This document shows, piece by piece, positions 1 through 9,246 of a DNA stretch of 31,618 nt; the stretch's first letter is position 1, and each line of letters starts with the position of its first letter. The translations under genes were made by a program, and so were the position numbers. Source of the DNA: Rickettsiales bacterium (GTDB lineage Bacteria > Pseudomonadota > Alphaproteobacteria > Rickettsiales > JANQQO01); NCBI GenBank assembly GCA_028289305.1, contig JANQQO010000101.1, positions 1-31,618 on the forward strand. The letters run 5' to 3'. The notes below the pieces were generated by a model. That model made no database searches. It worked only from the letters and a program-made list of their open reading frames with translations, and was not told the origin of the DNA.

Positions 1-291
1 GTGAAGATATATACCAGCGGTAGTGTTGCGGTGAGCCGGGACATCACCAAACCAGTAGCTGGCACGGTGGATATCTATGTCGATTCAGTGTTGCAAACAA
101 GCGGCGTGAGCGTGGATACCACCACCGGCATGGTCAGCTTCATCGCTCCGCCAGCGGATGGCAGCACTGTTACGGCTGATTTTGAATTTGATGTGCCGGT
201 ACGTTTCGACACGGACGAACTACAATTTGCCATTGATAGTTTTGATGCTGGCAGTTGGAACAACATTCCCTTGATTGAGGTGCGTGTATGA
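1..291 (+). CDS. DUF2460 / TIGR02217 GTA-like distal tail protein, C-terminal part (5' truncated by window)
   Basis: Motifs 'RDITKPVAGTV' and 'TADFEFDVPVRFDTD...IPLIEVRV' typical of the family; stop overlaps the next ATG (ATGA). Confidence 0.85.
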   Translation: MKIYTSGSVAVSRDITKPVAGTVDIYVDSVLQTSGVSVDTTTGMVSFIAPPADGSTVTADFEFDVPVRFDTDELQFAIDSFDAGSWNNIPLIEVRV

Positions 292-1133
292 AAAACATTA
301 GCTCAGAACTAGCAGCCCATTTTGAGGGAGGCCTTACCACACTTGCCACATGCTGGCGAGTTACCCGGCAGGATGGGGTGGAGGTTGGCTTTACCGATCA
401 TGACGAGCTAATCATGTTTGATGGCCTGGATTACGATTCTATTGCCGGGTTCACGCCTACCACAGTGGAAAGCAAATCCAACATGAGCGTGGATAATATG
501 GAGATAGAGGGGCAAACCTTTCCTTCAAAGATTACCGAGGCAGATCTCTTGGCCGGGCTGTATGATTTTGCAGAGGTTGAAATATTCATCGTGAATTATG
601 AAGATCTTACCCAGGGCAGGCTTGTGGTAAAGCGTGGCTGGTTGGGTGAAGTCACGCTCAACAAACAGATGTTTCAAGCGGAAGTGCGCGGCCTCACGCA
701 GCACCTATCACAAACGATTGGTGAGGTATTCTCTCCCAGCTGCAGGGCTATATTAGGGGATAGCCGCTGCAAAGTAGCATTGGGTGGGCTTACCGTCTCT
801 GCCGCGGTAACAGAAGTTACCAATAACCAGACTTTCAAAGCCACTGTCCTCACAGAGGACGCCGGATGGTACACTGGTGGTGAGGTGATCTGGACATCTG
901 GCAATAACGAAGGTCGCCGCATGGAGGTGAAAGAATTTGCTGATAGCCAAGTGGTGCTGGCATTACCGATGGGTAAAAGCATTCAGGTAGGTGATGACTT
1001 CGACATCATCGCCGGATGCGATAAGACCCGCGAAACCTGTATTAATAAATTCAACAACATTATCAACTTTCGGGGTGAACCCGATGTACCGGGAGTAGAT
1101 AAGCTACTCACCACCGCTGGTACCCTTAACTAG
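288..1133 (+). CDS. DUF2163 / TIGR02218 phage baseplate hub protein (GTA g13-like)
   Basis: 'TTLATCWRVTRQDG..GFTDHD', 'CRAILGDSRCKV', 'AGCDKTRETCINKFNNIINFRGEP' cysteine motifs. Confidence 0.9.
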   Translation: MKNISSELAAHFEGGLTTLATCWRVTRQDGVEVGFTDHDELIMFDGLDYDSIAGFTPTTVESKSNMSVDNMEIEGQTFPSKITEADLLAGLYDFAEVEIFIVNYEDLTQGRLVVKRGWLGEVTLNKQMFQAEVRGLTQHLSQTIGEVFSPSCRAILGDSRCKVALGGLTVSAAVTEVTNNQTFKATVLTEDAGWYTGGEVIWTSGNNEGRRMEVKEFADSQVVLALPMGKSIQVGDDFDIIAGCDKTRETCINKFNNIINFRGEPDVPGVDKLLTTAGTLN

Positions 1134-1144
1134 GAAATTTCAAT

Positions 1145-1624
1145 ATGAGCACGATTAAACCAGAGCACATTGTGGCTCAGGCACGCACATGGCTGGGTAC
1201 TAAATATCATCACCAAGGAAGATTGAAGAAAAGTAGGAATGGCCCTGGTGGTGTAGATTGTGTTGGGCTGGTAGTAGGGGTAGTTCATGAGCTAGGCATA
1301 CACGATGGTAACGGAAATGTTTTGTCGCTTTATGACGAAACAAATTACTCGTTTTATCCGGAGGGAGAGCGATTAGTACGCAGTATCGAAAAACATCTCC
1401 GAAAAGTGCCTTATGAAGAAATGCAGATTGGAGACGTGCTATTATTCAAGTTTCACCGTGATCCACAGCATATTGGCCTGCTCACTGATTATCCTACCGG
1501 GGGAATTGGTGTGATTCATTGTAACTCCAGCGCGGGCAAGGTGGTGGAGCACCCTTTAAGCAAAACGTGGCTGAGATTGTTGGTAGATGTTTACCGTTTT
1601 CCGCCTGCGTCTTTGAAACGCTAG
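1145..1624 (+). CDS. NlpC/P60 phage cell-wall peptidase (TIGR02219, GTA g14-like)
   Basis: 'ARTWLGTKYHHQGR', catalytic 'GVDCVGLV', 'QHIGLL', 'IHC..SAGKVVEH'. Confidence 0.9.
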   Translation: MSTIKPEHIVAQARTWLGTKYHHQGRLKKSRNGPGGVDCVGLVVGVVHELGIHDGNGNVLSLYDETNYSFYPEGERLVRSIEKHLRKVPYEEMQIGDVLLFKFHRDPQHIGLLTDYPTGGIGVIHCNSSAGKVVEHPLSKTWLRLLVDVYRFPPASLKR

Positions 1625-1631
1625 ACTATTT

Positions 1632-1916
1632 TTAAAATAATTCTGAATGGGAACCAAGGCGCGCCAAATGTAGCGATGTATCGTCTAGACAGGCATAGAT
1701 GAGCAACCAATCCGGTTCAATATGGCATTCTAGAAATCCGCTCCAGTTGCCGGTTAAAGGGTGCGGACGATACTTATCAGGTAGTGGTTTGTCATGTCGT
1801 AATATCTCAAGGACACGATTCAGCTTGGCAATGTTTTTCCCTTGTCGGTGTGCTTTTTTAAGATCCCGCTTGAATGCGCTGGAAAGCTGTAATGTACGCG
1901 GCACGCTACGCGTCAT
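1632..1916 (-). CDS. yafQ: YafQ-family (RelE superfamily) mRNA interferase toxin
   Basis: 'FKRDLKK', 'HPLTGNWSGFLECHIEPDWLLIY', C-terminal 'RLGSHSELF'. Confidence 0.9.
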   Translation of the reverse strand: MTRSVPRTLQLSSAFKRDLKKAHRQGKNIAKLNRVLEILRHDKPLPDKYRPHPLTGNWSGFLECHIEPDWLLIYACLDDTSLHLARLGSHSELF

Positions 1917-2166
1917 CTATGTCGTCGAGTGCATCCTGCAAGCTATCATAGCGATGGCCTTTGCCTTCTTGAAGTTCACGCATCGCTGCAACGGTTTCTG
2001 CATTGGGAATGCGTATGTCAAAAGGCAACCCCTGATAGAGTGATACCTGTGTATAAAACAATGTTAGTGCCTCGCTTGGGGATAATCCAAGCGTAGCAAA
2101 CACCGCTTCTGCCTCTGCTTTCAAGCCAGGCTCTATACGCGAATTAATAGTGGCACTCTTTGTCAT
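1906..2166 (-). CDS. dinJ: DinJ/RelB-family antitoxin
   Basis: 'INSRIEPGLKAEAEAVFATLGLSPSEALTLF...GLPFDIRIPNAETVAAM'. Start placed at 2166 because GGAGG precedes it; overlaps the toxin start. Confidence 0.88.
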   Translation of the reverse strand: MTKSATINSRIEPGLKAEAEAVFATLGLSPSEALTLFYTQVSLYQGLPFDIRIPNAETVAAMRELQEGKGHRYDSLQDALDDIDDA

Positions 2167-2189
2167 AATAACATCCTCCATGTAAGCTT

Positions 2190-2218
2190 ATTGTACCACA
2201 TATGTCTTACATTAACAA
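2190..2218 (-). promoter_or_regulatory. sigma70-like promoter of the TA operon with overlapping palindromic operator
   Basis: Minus strand TTGTTA-N17-TACAAT (plus 2213-2218 and 2190-2195). The 20-bp imperfect palindrome TGTACCACATATGTCTTACA (2192-2211, 16/20 symmetric) covers the spacer and -10. Confidence 0.6.
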
Positions 2219-2235
2219 CTCTTAGTTTTTCATTT

Positions 2236-5200
2236 ATGACCGATGTTATCCTTCCAGTTGCCGGCGGCATTACAGGTTTTGTATTAGGTGGTCCTTCCGG
2301 TGCGATTTTAGGAGCGAATCTCGCAGGGGCGGCGGGTAGCTTGTTTCCTAGAAGTCAGCGTGTACAGCTTCCGACGCAGGAAGGCCCACGTTTAGCTGAC
2401 TTGCGAGCACAAACCTCTACCTACGGTAATATGGTGCCGAAAGTCTACGGGACCATGCGGTTGGCGGGTAATGTCATTTGGTCGACGGATCTAAAAGAAG
2501 TACAAACGGAAATAACAACATCGCAAACTTCTAGTGGTGGAGGGAAGGGCGGTGGTGGTTCGGTTACTACCAGTCAGACCTCTGTAACCTACCAATATTT
2601 CATCACCCTGGCGATTGCCATTTGTGAAGGGCCGATGGATGAAGTGATCCGCGCCTGGGCAGATAGTAAAGTGCTAACGGAAGATGTTCTCTCCTCAGCA
2701 GAGGGTAAATACAACATACACCTAGGCGATGAGGAGCAAGAGGTTGATGATATTATAGCCAAACATCTGCCTAGCGGCACTATACCGGCCTATCATGGTT
2801 TAACTTATGTGGTAATTGAGGATTTTCCCTTAGCGGATTATGGCAACCGGATTCCCAATTTTACCTTTGAAGTACGCAGGACAGTTAAATTTACTCCCAG
2901 TATTGAAGATAAGGTAAAAGATATCGTGATGATTCCCGGTGCTGGAGAGTTTGTATACGGCACTGATATCACGACTAAGCAAGATGGTGCGTTTCCTAAT
3001 GGGCAGTTCGTTCCTTCGGGTGGCAAAACCCTTATCAACATGCATAATTATACAGGGAAAGCCGATCCGCTAGTGGCGCTCGATCAATTGGAGAGCGTGT
3101 TTCCCAATCTGGAGTGGGTGGCCGTTGTGGTCACATGGTTTGCCACCAGCACGGATGCGGGTACCTGCAGAATTATCCCAAAGGTAGAATTTCAGGGCAA
3201 TACGCAAGTATTGCCTGAAGACTGGTTTGTTGCTGGGCTTGGGCGTAACGATGCTGAAACGGTATTTTTCTTTGATGAGGGTACGCCTACCTACGGTGGC
3301 ACGCCTTCTGATCATACAGTGGTACAGATTTGCCAGGAGCTGAAAAACCGTGGGCTTAATGTGATGCTGTATCCCATGCCTTTTGTGGATCAAATCACGC
3401 CGATACCAAAGCCCTGGCGCGGCAGAATAGAGCCCGCCAATGCTACGGATGCCAATAACTGGTTTACCAAAGTGGGCGGCTATAATGCGTTTATCATGCA
3501 TTATGCCAATTTGAGTGTTGGTGGCACCAATTTGAAGGATGTGATTGATGCCTTTGTGATTGGCAGTGAGTTGGTGGGTATGACAGGCTTCACTGATACA
3601 CCGGGAAATTATCCTACAGTGAATCAGCTGGTAAGTTTGGCTGCCTCAGTGAAAGCAGCAGTTGGCAGCGTGCTGGTTACCTACGCTGCCGATTGGAGTG
3701 AATATCACAGCACTGACGGCTGGTTTAATATGGACTCGCTATGGGCCAGCCCTAACATCGATTTTGTGGGTATTGATAGCTATTTCCCGCTCACGCCGGA
3801 TGTGCCGCAAATTCAAATTACCGAGGAGCTGATAAAGCAATATTGGGAAGAAGGTGAGGGTTGGGATTATTTCTGGAACGAAGATCGCACTGTGCAAACC
3901 AGCTATGGTGGCGATCCTACCTATGCCTGGAAGAATCTAGAATATTGGTGGGGCAATACGCACACCAATCCTGATTTGAACGGTACGGCCTGGACTGCCA
4001 AAATGAAGCCGGTGTGGTTTACCGAATTTGGCTTCCCAAGTGTCGATGGAGCGGCCAATCAGCCCAATGTGTTTTATGATCCTACCTCCAGTGAAAGTTT
4101 CTTCCCGCGCGGCAGTAAGGGCAGAATTGACTTTCAAGCCCAGCGTGAAGCGCTCAATGCCACTCTGGATTATCTGGAAGGGAGAAACCAGGAGCCGGGC
4201 AATTCTAACCTGGTGCCACGCCGGTTTATCTGGACATGGGACGGGAGGCCATTCTCCTTCTGGCCGGATCTTGAAAATGTATGGCAGGATTCCATTCTGT
4301 GGGCCACCGGCCATTGGGTGCAGGGAAAATTGGGCAACAGCACGCTGGGAGCGATTGTTGCAGAATTACTGCAGGAAGCTGGACTTACACCATCGGATTA
4401 TGATGTCACACGGCTGACGGATACGGTGGAAGGGTTTATCCTGCAGCAGCCCATTACAGTGCGGAGTGCCCTGGAATATCTGGCAAGTGCCTATTTCTTT
4501 GATTGTGTGGAAAGTGATGGGTTGCTCAAATTCGTGCCGCGTGGCAGTGAATCAGTGCTCTCCATCCCGGAAGATGATCTGATTCCCACTTCGAAGAATG
4601 AGATTGATGATATTTTGGGCATCAAATATGCGCAAGGATTAGAGTTACCACAGCGGGTGAATGTTACCTATATTGATCGGCCATTTAATTATGATCCGGT
4701 TACCCAAGCGTCGCAGCGCCAAACTACGGGAGCGGTGGATCAGGTTACCATGAATCTGCCTATCGTGATGAGTGCAACGTTAGCAAAGCAAATTGCCGAT
4801 ATCACGCTTTACAGTGCATGGAAAGAGCGGGTGAGCTTTGAACTTATCATTCCGCCCAAATATGTGCGTTTGGAGCCAACCGATGTGATAACCGTTACGG
4901 TCAGTGGCGTACCTCATGAAATGCGGGTGATTAAAACCGATATGGAAAAGTATGGCTTGATGAAAGTGGCGGCAATCGCTGAGGATATTTCGAGCTATGA
5001 TTTTTATACTCCTCCTGGCTCCACCGGTGGCACAGTCGAGCCACCGGTGCTGGTGCCGGATACGCTGATTCAGTTTGTGGATGCTCCGCCGTTACCCACG
5101 GATAGCACCAGCAATCAAGGTTTGCTTCGCCTGGGTGTGGCACCGGATGGGCCGGGTTGGAATGGTGCTGCCATTTACCGCTCCACTGATGGCGGTGAAG

Positions 5201-5988
5201 CGGGTGGCAATACATTTGATCTGCTGGCCGGGCTGGATGGCCCTGCAGTGTTTGGAGCAATCATCACCAATTTGGCTGATGGTGTATTCGAAACCTGGGA
5301 TGAGAATAACACGGTGGATGTCATTCTTACCTCCGGCTCACTTATCAGCGTGAATGAATTGGCCATGCTCAATGGATCAAACGCAGCACTGATAGGTAAT
5401 GAGCTGGTGCAATTTCAGAATGCCCAACTGATTGGTGAAAGCACCTATCGGCTTTCACGGCTATTGCGTGGAAGGCAAGGCACAGAATGGGCCATAGACA
5501 CACACCAGCTGGGAGATCGTTTTATACTGCTTTCTCCGGCGCTGTACACCACTACCATTGCCAACAATAACATTGGCAAATTGCTATATTATAAGGCTGT
5601 AACGGTGGGCAATACGCTTTCTACCACTGAGGAGAAAGCGTTTACCTATACCGGCAATAATTTACGGCCTTTTTCACCGGTGCACATCAAAGGCAGCCGG
5701 GATAGCGGTAATGATTTAACCGTTACCTGGATTCGGCGCACGCGGGTGGATGGAGATTGGCGCGATTTTGTTGGTGTGCCATTGGGTGAAGAAACAGAAA
5801 GCTACGAGGTGGATATCCTAGGGCGGGGCAATGTGGTGCGCATGCTCACTAGCACCAGCCCAACCGTTACCTATACCGAAGCCGATCAAATCACTGATTT
5901 TGGCAGTGCGCAAAGCTCTGTGGATGTGAAAATCTATCAGCTTTCGGCGGTGGTAGGCCGCGGCTATGCGGGCATAGCTACCATTTAA
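2236..5988 (+). CDS. GTA-type baseplate/tail 'megatron' protein (GTA_TIM glycoside-hydrolase-like domain plus phage tail domain, g15-like)
   Basis: 'EGPRLADLRAQTSTYG..VPKVYG.MRLAGNVIW', 'AFVIGSELVG', 'TYAADWSEY', 'KPVWFTEFGFP.VD...NQPNVFYDP.SSES', 'LSRLLRGRQGTE', 'WIRRTR..D.W'. Start at 2236 preferred over 2191, which lies in the TA promoter. Confidence 0.9.
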   Translation: MTDVILPVAGGITGFVLGGPSGAILGANLAGAAGSLFPRSQRVQLPTQEGPRLADLRAQTSTYGNMVPKVYGTMRLAGNVIWSTDLKEVQTEITTSQTSSGGGKGGGGSVTTSQTSVTYQYFITLAIAICEGPMDEVIRAWADSKVLTEDVLSSAEGKYNIHLGDEEQEVDDIIAKHLPSGTIPAYHGLTYVVIEDFPLADYGNRIPNFTFEVRRTVKFTPSIEDKVKDIVMIPGAGEFVYGTDITTKQDGAFPNGQFVPSGGKTLINMHNYTGKADPLVALDQLESVFPNLEWVAVVVTWFATSTDAGTCRIIPKVEFQGNTQVLPEDWFVAGLGRNDAETVFFFDEGTPTYGGTPSDHTVVQICQELKNRGLNVMLYPMPFVDQITPIPKPWRGRIEPANATDANNWFTKVGGYNAFIMHYANLSVGGTNLKDVIDAFVIGSELVGMTGFTDTPGNYPTVNQLVSLAASVKAAVGSVLVTYAADWSEYHSTDGWFNMDSLWASPNIDFVGIDSYFPLTPDVPQIQITEELIKQYWEEGEGWDYFWNEDRTVQTSYGGDPTYAWKNLEYWWGNTHTNPDLNGTAWTAKMKPVWFTEFGFPSVDGAANQPNVFYDPTSSESFFPRGSKGRIDFQAQREALNATLDYLEGRNQEPGNSNLVPRRFIWTWDGRPFSFWPDLENVWQDSILWATGHWVQGKLGNSTLGAIVAELLQEAGLTPSDYDVTRLTDTVEGFILQQPITVRSALEYLASAYFFDCVESDGLLKFVPRGSESVLSIPEDDLIPTSKNEIDDILGIKYAQGLELPQRVNVTYIDRPFNYDPVTQASQRQTTGAVDQVTMNLPIVMSATLAKQIADITLYSAWKERVSFELIIPPKYVRLEPTDVITVTVSGVPHEMRVIKTDMEKYGLMKVAAIAEDISSYDFYTPPGSTGGTVEPPVLVPDTLIQFVDAPPLPTDSTSNQGLLRLGVAPDGPGWNGAAIYRSTDGGEAGGNTFDLLAGLDGPAVFGAIITNLADGVFETWDENNTVDVILTSGSLISVNELAMLNGSNAALIGNELVQFQNAQLIGESTYRLSRLLRGRQGTEWAIDTHQLGDRFILLSPALYTTTIANNNIGKLLYYKAVTVGNTLSTTEEKAFTYTGNNLRPFSPVHIKGSRDSGNDLTVTWIRRTRVDGDWRDFVGVPLGEETESYEVDILGRGNVVRMLTSTSPTVTYTEADQITDFGSAQSSVDVKIYQLSAVVGRGYAGIATI

Positions 5989-6011
5989 CCTTGAACTAAC
6001 TGGAGAAGATC

Positions 6012-6722
6012 ATGACTTCAACAGCAAAACTGGGCTTGCCGTATATTATTACAGCGCAGGCTCAGAAAGAAGTAACTCATAATGAAGCATTGAATGCGCT
6101 GGATGTGTTTGTAACTCGTGTTGTCACTGATTTTACGAATACACCACCGGACAGTCCTGCCGAAGGTGATATACATATTGTTGGCACCTCACCTACCGGT
6201 ACGTTTGTTGGCCATGATAATGAGCTGGCTCAATATCTTACGGGTGGCTGGATATTTTACACGCCATATAAATGGCTGGATGTGGTGGTGGAAGCACGGG
6301 ATGAGCGCTACACATGGGATGGTTCTGCCTGGGTGCCATTTGGCCTGATCATGAAAGATACCGGTGAGTATCTCCGTATCCAGAGCTGGCAAGAAGATGT
6401 TGATCTGAGTATTTCCACACAGACCGTCAATGCCATTCCGAACCGAGCAACCGTATTGGCGGTGAATACACGGACGATCACCGTCGTAACAGGTAGTGTG
6501 ACTAGTTTTGGTGTAGGTGTGGAGGGAGATACAACGCGCTATGGTACCGGCATTGGGCTTGCGGTAGATGCTACCAATATTGGGATCACCTTTAATCCAA
6601 TTGGGTATTACGCAGATACTCCGATCGTTCTTACACCTGATAAGGGCGCATTTGCTACGGGATTAATACGTATCAACGTACAATATATTCAAGCAAAAGG
6701 CCCGTGGCCTTGGGAGGTATAG
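6012..6722 (+). CDS. DUF2793-domain phage structural protein (tail fibre/spike-like)
   Basis: 'LGLPYI..AQAQKEVTHNEALNALD', 'PP.SPAEGD..IVG..PTG.F.GHDNELA....GGW.F..P..W'; GGAG upstream. Confidence 0.85.
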   Translation: MTSTAKLGLPYIITAQAQKEVTHNEALNALDVFVTRVVTDFTNTPPDSPAEGDIHIVGTSPTGTFVGHDNELAQYLTGGWIFYTPYKWLDVVVEARDERYTWDGSAWVPFGLIMKDTGEYLRIQSWQEDVDLSISTQTVNAIPNRATVLAVNTRTITVVTGSVTSFGVGVEGDTTRYGTGIGLAVDATNIGITFNPIGYYADTPIVLTPDKGAFATGLIRINVQYIQAKGPWPWEV

Positions 6723-6724
6723 CA

Positions 6725-6973
6725 ATGGATCACGACACAAAAAATGCCATCCGTGAGGCGGTGAGAGAAGGTATAGAAGAGACGCTCACTAAATATGGCA
6801 TTGATACTTCTAACCCTACCGATATGCAGGCCGACATGGTCTATCTACGCAAATCTCGCACAGGTTCTGATGAAGTAATTAAATGGATTAAGCGTTCGGC
6901 AATCACCGCAGCGCTTACAGGAGCTTTGGTGGCGCTGTGGCAGGGTATTAAACATATTACGCAAGGAGGGTAG
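6725..6973 (+). CDS. small single-TM protein, holin-like/lysis accessory candidate
   Basis: GGAGG at 6713-6717; C-terminal hydrophobic stretch 'SAITAALTGALVALWQGI'; position before holin and lysin. Confidence 0.6.
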   Translation: MDHDTKNAIREAVREGIEETLTKYGIDTSNPTDMQADMVYLRKSRTGSDEVIKWIKRSAITAALTGALVALWQGIKHITQGG

Positions 6974-6974
6974 G

Positions 6975-7424
6975 ATGGTGACGTTATTTGGATCATTGTT
7001 AGGATTTGTGAGTGCCACATTTCCTGATTTAATAAAGCTGTGGAGGGATGCAGCGGACCGCAAACATGAACTCACCATTTTACGCTTGCAAATGGAGCAG
7101 CAAGCGCAAGGCCATGCGCAACGTTTAGAAGAGATTCACGCACAAGCCGATATTGCCGAATCAAAAGCGCTCTATAAGACCTATTATTCCGGCATCAAAT
7201 GGGTGGATGCACTTAATGGTACGGTAAGGCCTGTGCTCGCCTATGCCTTTTTCTTTCTCTACTTCACCATCAAATGCATGCAATTTGTTATGGTTGATCT
7301 AACCGCTCCATTACCGTGGCACGTAGATATATTATGGTCGCAAGAAGATCAGGCTATTTTTGCCGGTATTATCAGTTTTTATTTTGGACAACGTGCCATG
7401 AATAAAGTGAGAAATGGAAAGTGA
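6975..7424 (+). CDS. 3-TM holin-like protein (GTA_holin_3TM-like)
   Basis: N-terminal hydrophobic segment, coiled-coil, 'DALNGTVRPVLAYAFF' and two further TMs; directly upstream of the lysozyme. Confidence 0.65.
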   Translation: MVTLFGSLLGFVSATFPDLIKLWRDAADRKHELTILRLQMEQQAQGHAQRLEEIHAQADIAESKALYKTYYSGIKWVDALNGTVRPVLAYAFFFLYFTIKCMQFVMVDLTAPLPWHVDILWSQEDQAIFAGIISFYFGQRAMNKVRNGK

Positions 7425-7855
7425 GACATATTACACAAACGGGGCTTGGTCTCATTAAGCGGTTTGAAGGGTTTAGGGATGCAATATATCTGGATGCTGT
7501 GGGTTTGCCTACTATTGGCTATGGTCATTTGATACGCGTAGATGAGGATTTTAGCCAAGGGATCACTGAACAGGAAGCGGAGATTCTATTGGCAAAAGAT
7601 GTGCGTACTGCAGAATACGCCGTGGTGCGGTTAATTGACGTGCCGCTGACCGACGGGCAATTTGATGCGTTGGTATCCTTTACCTTCAACCTTGGTTCCG
7701 GCGCATTGCAGCGTTCCACACTCCGCCGTAAGGTGAATCGCGAAGAACACGCCGAAGTGCCGCGTGAGCTGCTGCGCTGGGTTTGGGCTGGCGGAAAGAG
7801 ATTGAGGGGGTTAATGCGACGGAGGACGGCAGAGGGGAAGTTGTATGTAGTTTAA
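7421..7855 (+). CDS. GH24 phage lysozyme (endolysin)
   Basis: Catalytic E-x8-D-x5-T in 'FEGFRDAIYLDAVGLPTIGYGH'; 'QFDALVSFTFNLG', 'GLMRRRTAE'. Confidence 0.93.
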   Translation: MRHITQTGLGLIKRFEGFRDAIYLDAVGLPTIGYGHLIRVDEDFSQGITEQEAEILLAKDVRTAEYAVVRLIDVPLTDGQFDALVSFTFNLGSGALQRSTLRRKVNREEHAEVPRELLRWVWAGGKRLRGLMRRRTAEGKLYVV

Positions 7856-7860
7856 TATTT

Positions 7861-7889
7861 TTGGACTTTTTGGAATTACCCGATATGTT
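7861..7889 (+). promoter_or_regulatory. putative sigma70 promoter of nfeD-slipin
   Basis: TTGGAC (7861-7866) N17 TATGTT (7884-7889). Confidence 0.45.
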
Positions 7890-7922
7890 AGCGCCATGAC
7901 AGCATAGGGCTAAAGGTGTTAG

Positions 7923-9236
7923 ATGCTTAGGGTATTTCTCTTCATAACGTTATGTATTGGTATTGTTTTTAGCGCTTCTGCACGCGTTGCCATTGCAGAA
8001 GATTCCCCTAGGATTCTTTCTACGAGTATAAAAGGGCCTATAGGTATAGGAGCGGAGAGACATTTATTTCAAGCTATTGAGAAAGCAGAACAAGACGGCT
8101 ATACACTTTTAATCATACAGCTTGATACACCGGGAGGGCTGTACGACACCACCAGAAATATGGTTCAAGCCATACTAAACTCTCCGGTACCTATCACTGT
8201 ATACGTTGCTCCATCTGGTGCACATGCAGCAAGTGCAGGTTTTTTTCTAGTATATGCGGCTGATATAGCCGCCATGGCTCCTGCTACCAATCTAGGCTCT
8301 GCCACACCTATCAGTTTAGGGGGTAACAGTGATGTGATGCCGCAAAGAAGCCATGGAAAATCGGTATTAGAAAAGAAAGCATTAAACGACTCCATAGCTT
8401 TTATTAAGAGCTTAGCAGAAGAAAATGGCCGTAATGTGCAATATGCGATTAAAGGAGTCTTGGAGGCTCTAAATCTCTCAGCACAAGAAGCGCTAAAGCA
8501 TAACGTCATAAACATTATTGCCGAATCAGAAGAAATCTTACTGCAGAAGATTAATGGTACAAAAATCCGCATGGGTGAAAAAGAGCACGTTATAAATACG
8601 AAAGATGTCAGTATTGACTACTTTGAGCCTGATATGAGAACCGAAATTATTAAGATTCTTACAGACCCCAATATTATCTACATACTTCTCATGCTTGGCT
8701 TTTATGGTCTGCTTCTGGAATTTTATGCTCCAGGCACTTTTGTGCCGGGGGTTGTGGGGGCTATTTCCTTATGCGTTGCTTTGTGGGCAATGTCTATACT
8801 ACCCACAAATTATTTTGGTGTTGCTCTTATAGTTTTAGGTTTGTCCTTCATGGTGGCTGAGCTACACATTCCAAGCTTCGGCGTTCTTGGTATTGGAGGG
8901 TTGGTATGTTTAGGCTTCGGCTCGTATATGCTTTTTGATGATCCTTATTTTAAGGTTGACCCTACGTTTCTAGGAACATTTTTAGTGACCACCGCAATCA
9001 TTGTTTTTTTATTGGCAGGATACCTTGTTAAGGTTAATACACGGGCGAAAAAAACAGGAAAGGAAACAATGATTGGCCAGAAAGTAACCGTGATAAGCTG
9101 GGAAGGTGGAAAAGGTCAAGTAAAGTATCATGGTGAAATTTGGCAAGCAGAAGCAGCCGCAATGGATAAAAGAAAAATTAAAAAAGGCATGAGGCTTGCG
9201 ATTAAAAATATACGTGGTTTAACAATAAAGGTGTAG
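7923..9236 (+). CDS. nfeD: NfeD-family membrane-bound ClpP-class serine protease (long form)
   Basis: Signal peptide; 'LDTPGG', 'VAPSGAHAASAG', 'MAPATNLGSATP'; multi-TM middle region; C-terminal OB-like 'VKYHGEIWQA'. Confidence 0.92.
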   Translation: MLRVFLFITLCIGIVFSASARVAIAEDSPRILSTSIKGPIGIGAERHLFQAIEKAEQDGYTLLIIQLDTPGGLYDTTRNMVQAILNSPVPITVYVAPSGAHAASAGFFLVYAADIAAMAPATNLGSATPISLGGNSDVMPQRSHGKSVLEKKALNDSIAFIKSLAEENGRNVQYAIKGVLEALNLSAQEALKHNVINIIAESEEILLQKINGTKIRMGEKEHVINTKDVSIDYFEPDMRTEIIKILTDPNIIYILLMLGFYGLLLEFYAPGTFVPGVVGAISLCVALWAMSILPTNYFGVALIVLGLSFMVAELHIPSFGVLGIGGLVCLGFGSYMLFDDPYFKVDPTFLGTFLVTTAIIVFLLAGYLVKVNTRAKKTGKETMIGQKVTVISWEGGKGQVKYHGEIWQAEAAAMDKRKIKKGMRLAIKNIRGLTIKV

Positions 9237-9246
9237 AGGAGAAAGA

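Larger units (their letters stand above)
1..7855 (+). mobile_element. GTA-like / prophage tail-baseplate and lysis module (left end outside window)
   Basis: Co-oriented run DUF2460 - DUF2163 - NlpC/P60 - GTA_TIM baseplate - DUF2793 - holin-like - GH24 lysozyme, matching the RcGTA g12-g15 order plus lysis genes. Prophage versus domesticated GTA cannot be decided here. Confidence 0.85.

Noticed and set aside
2589-5372. Alternative-frame and antisense ORFs within the baseplate gene
   Set aside because: Fully nested in a well-supported 1250-aa CDS and show no recognisable motifs.
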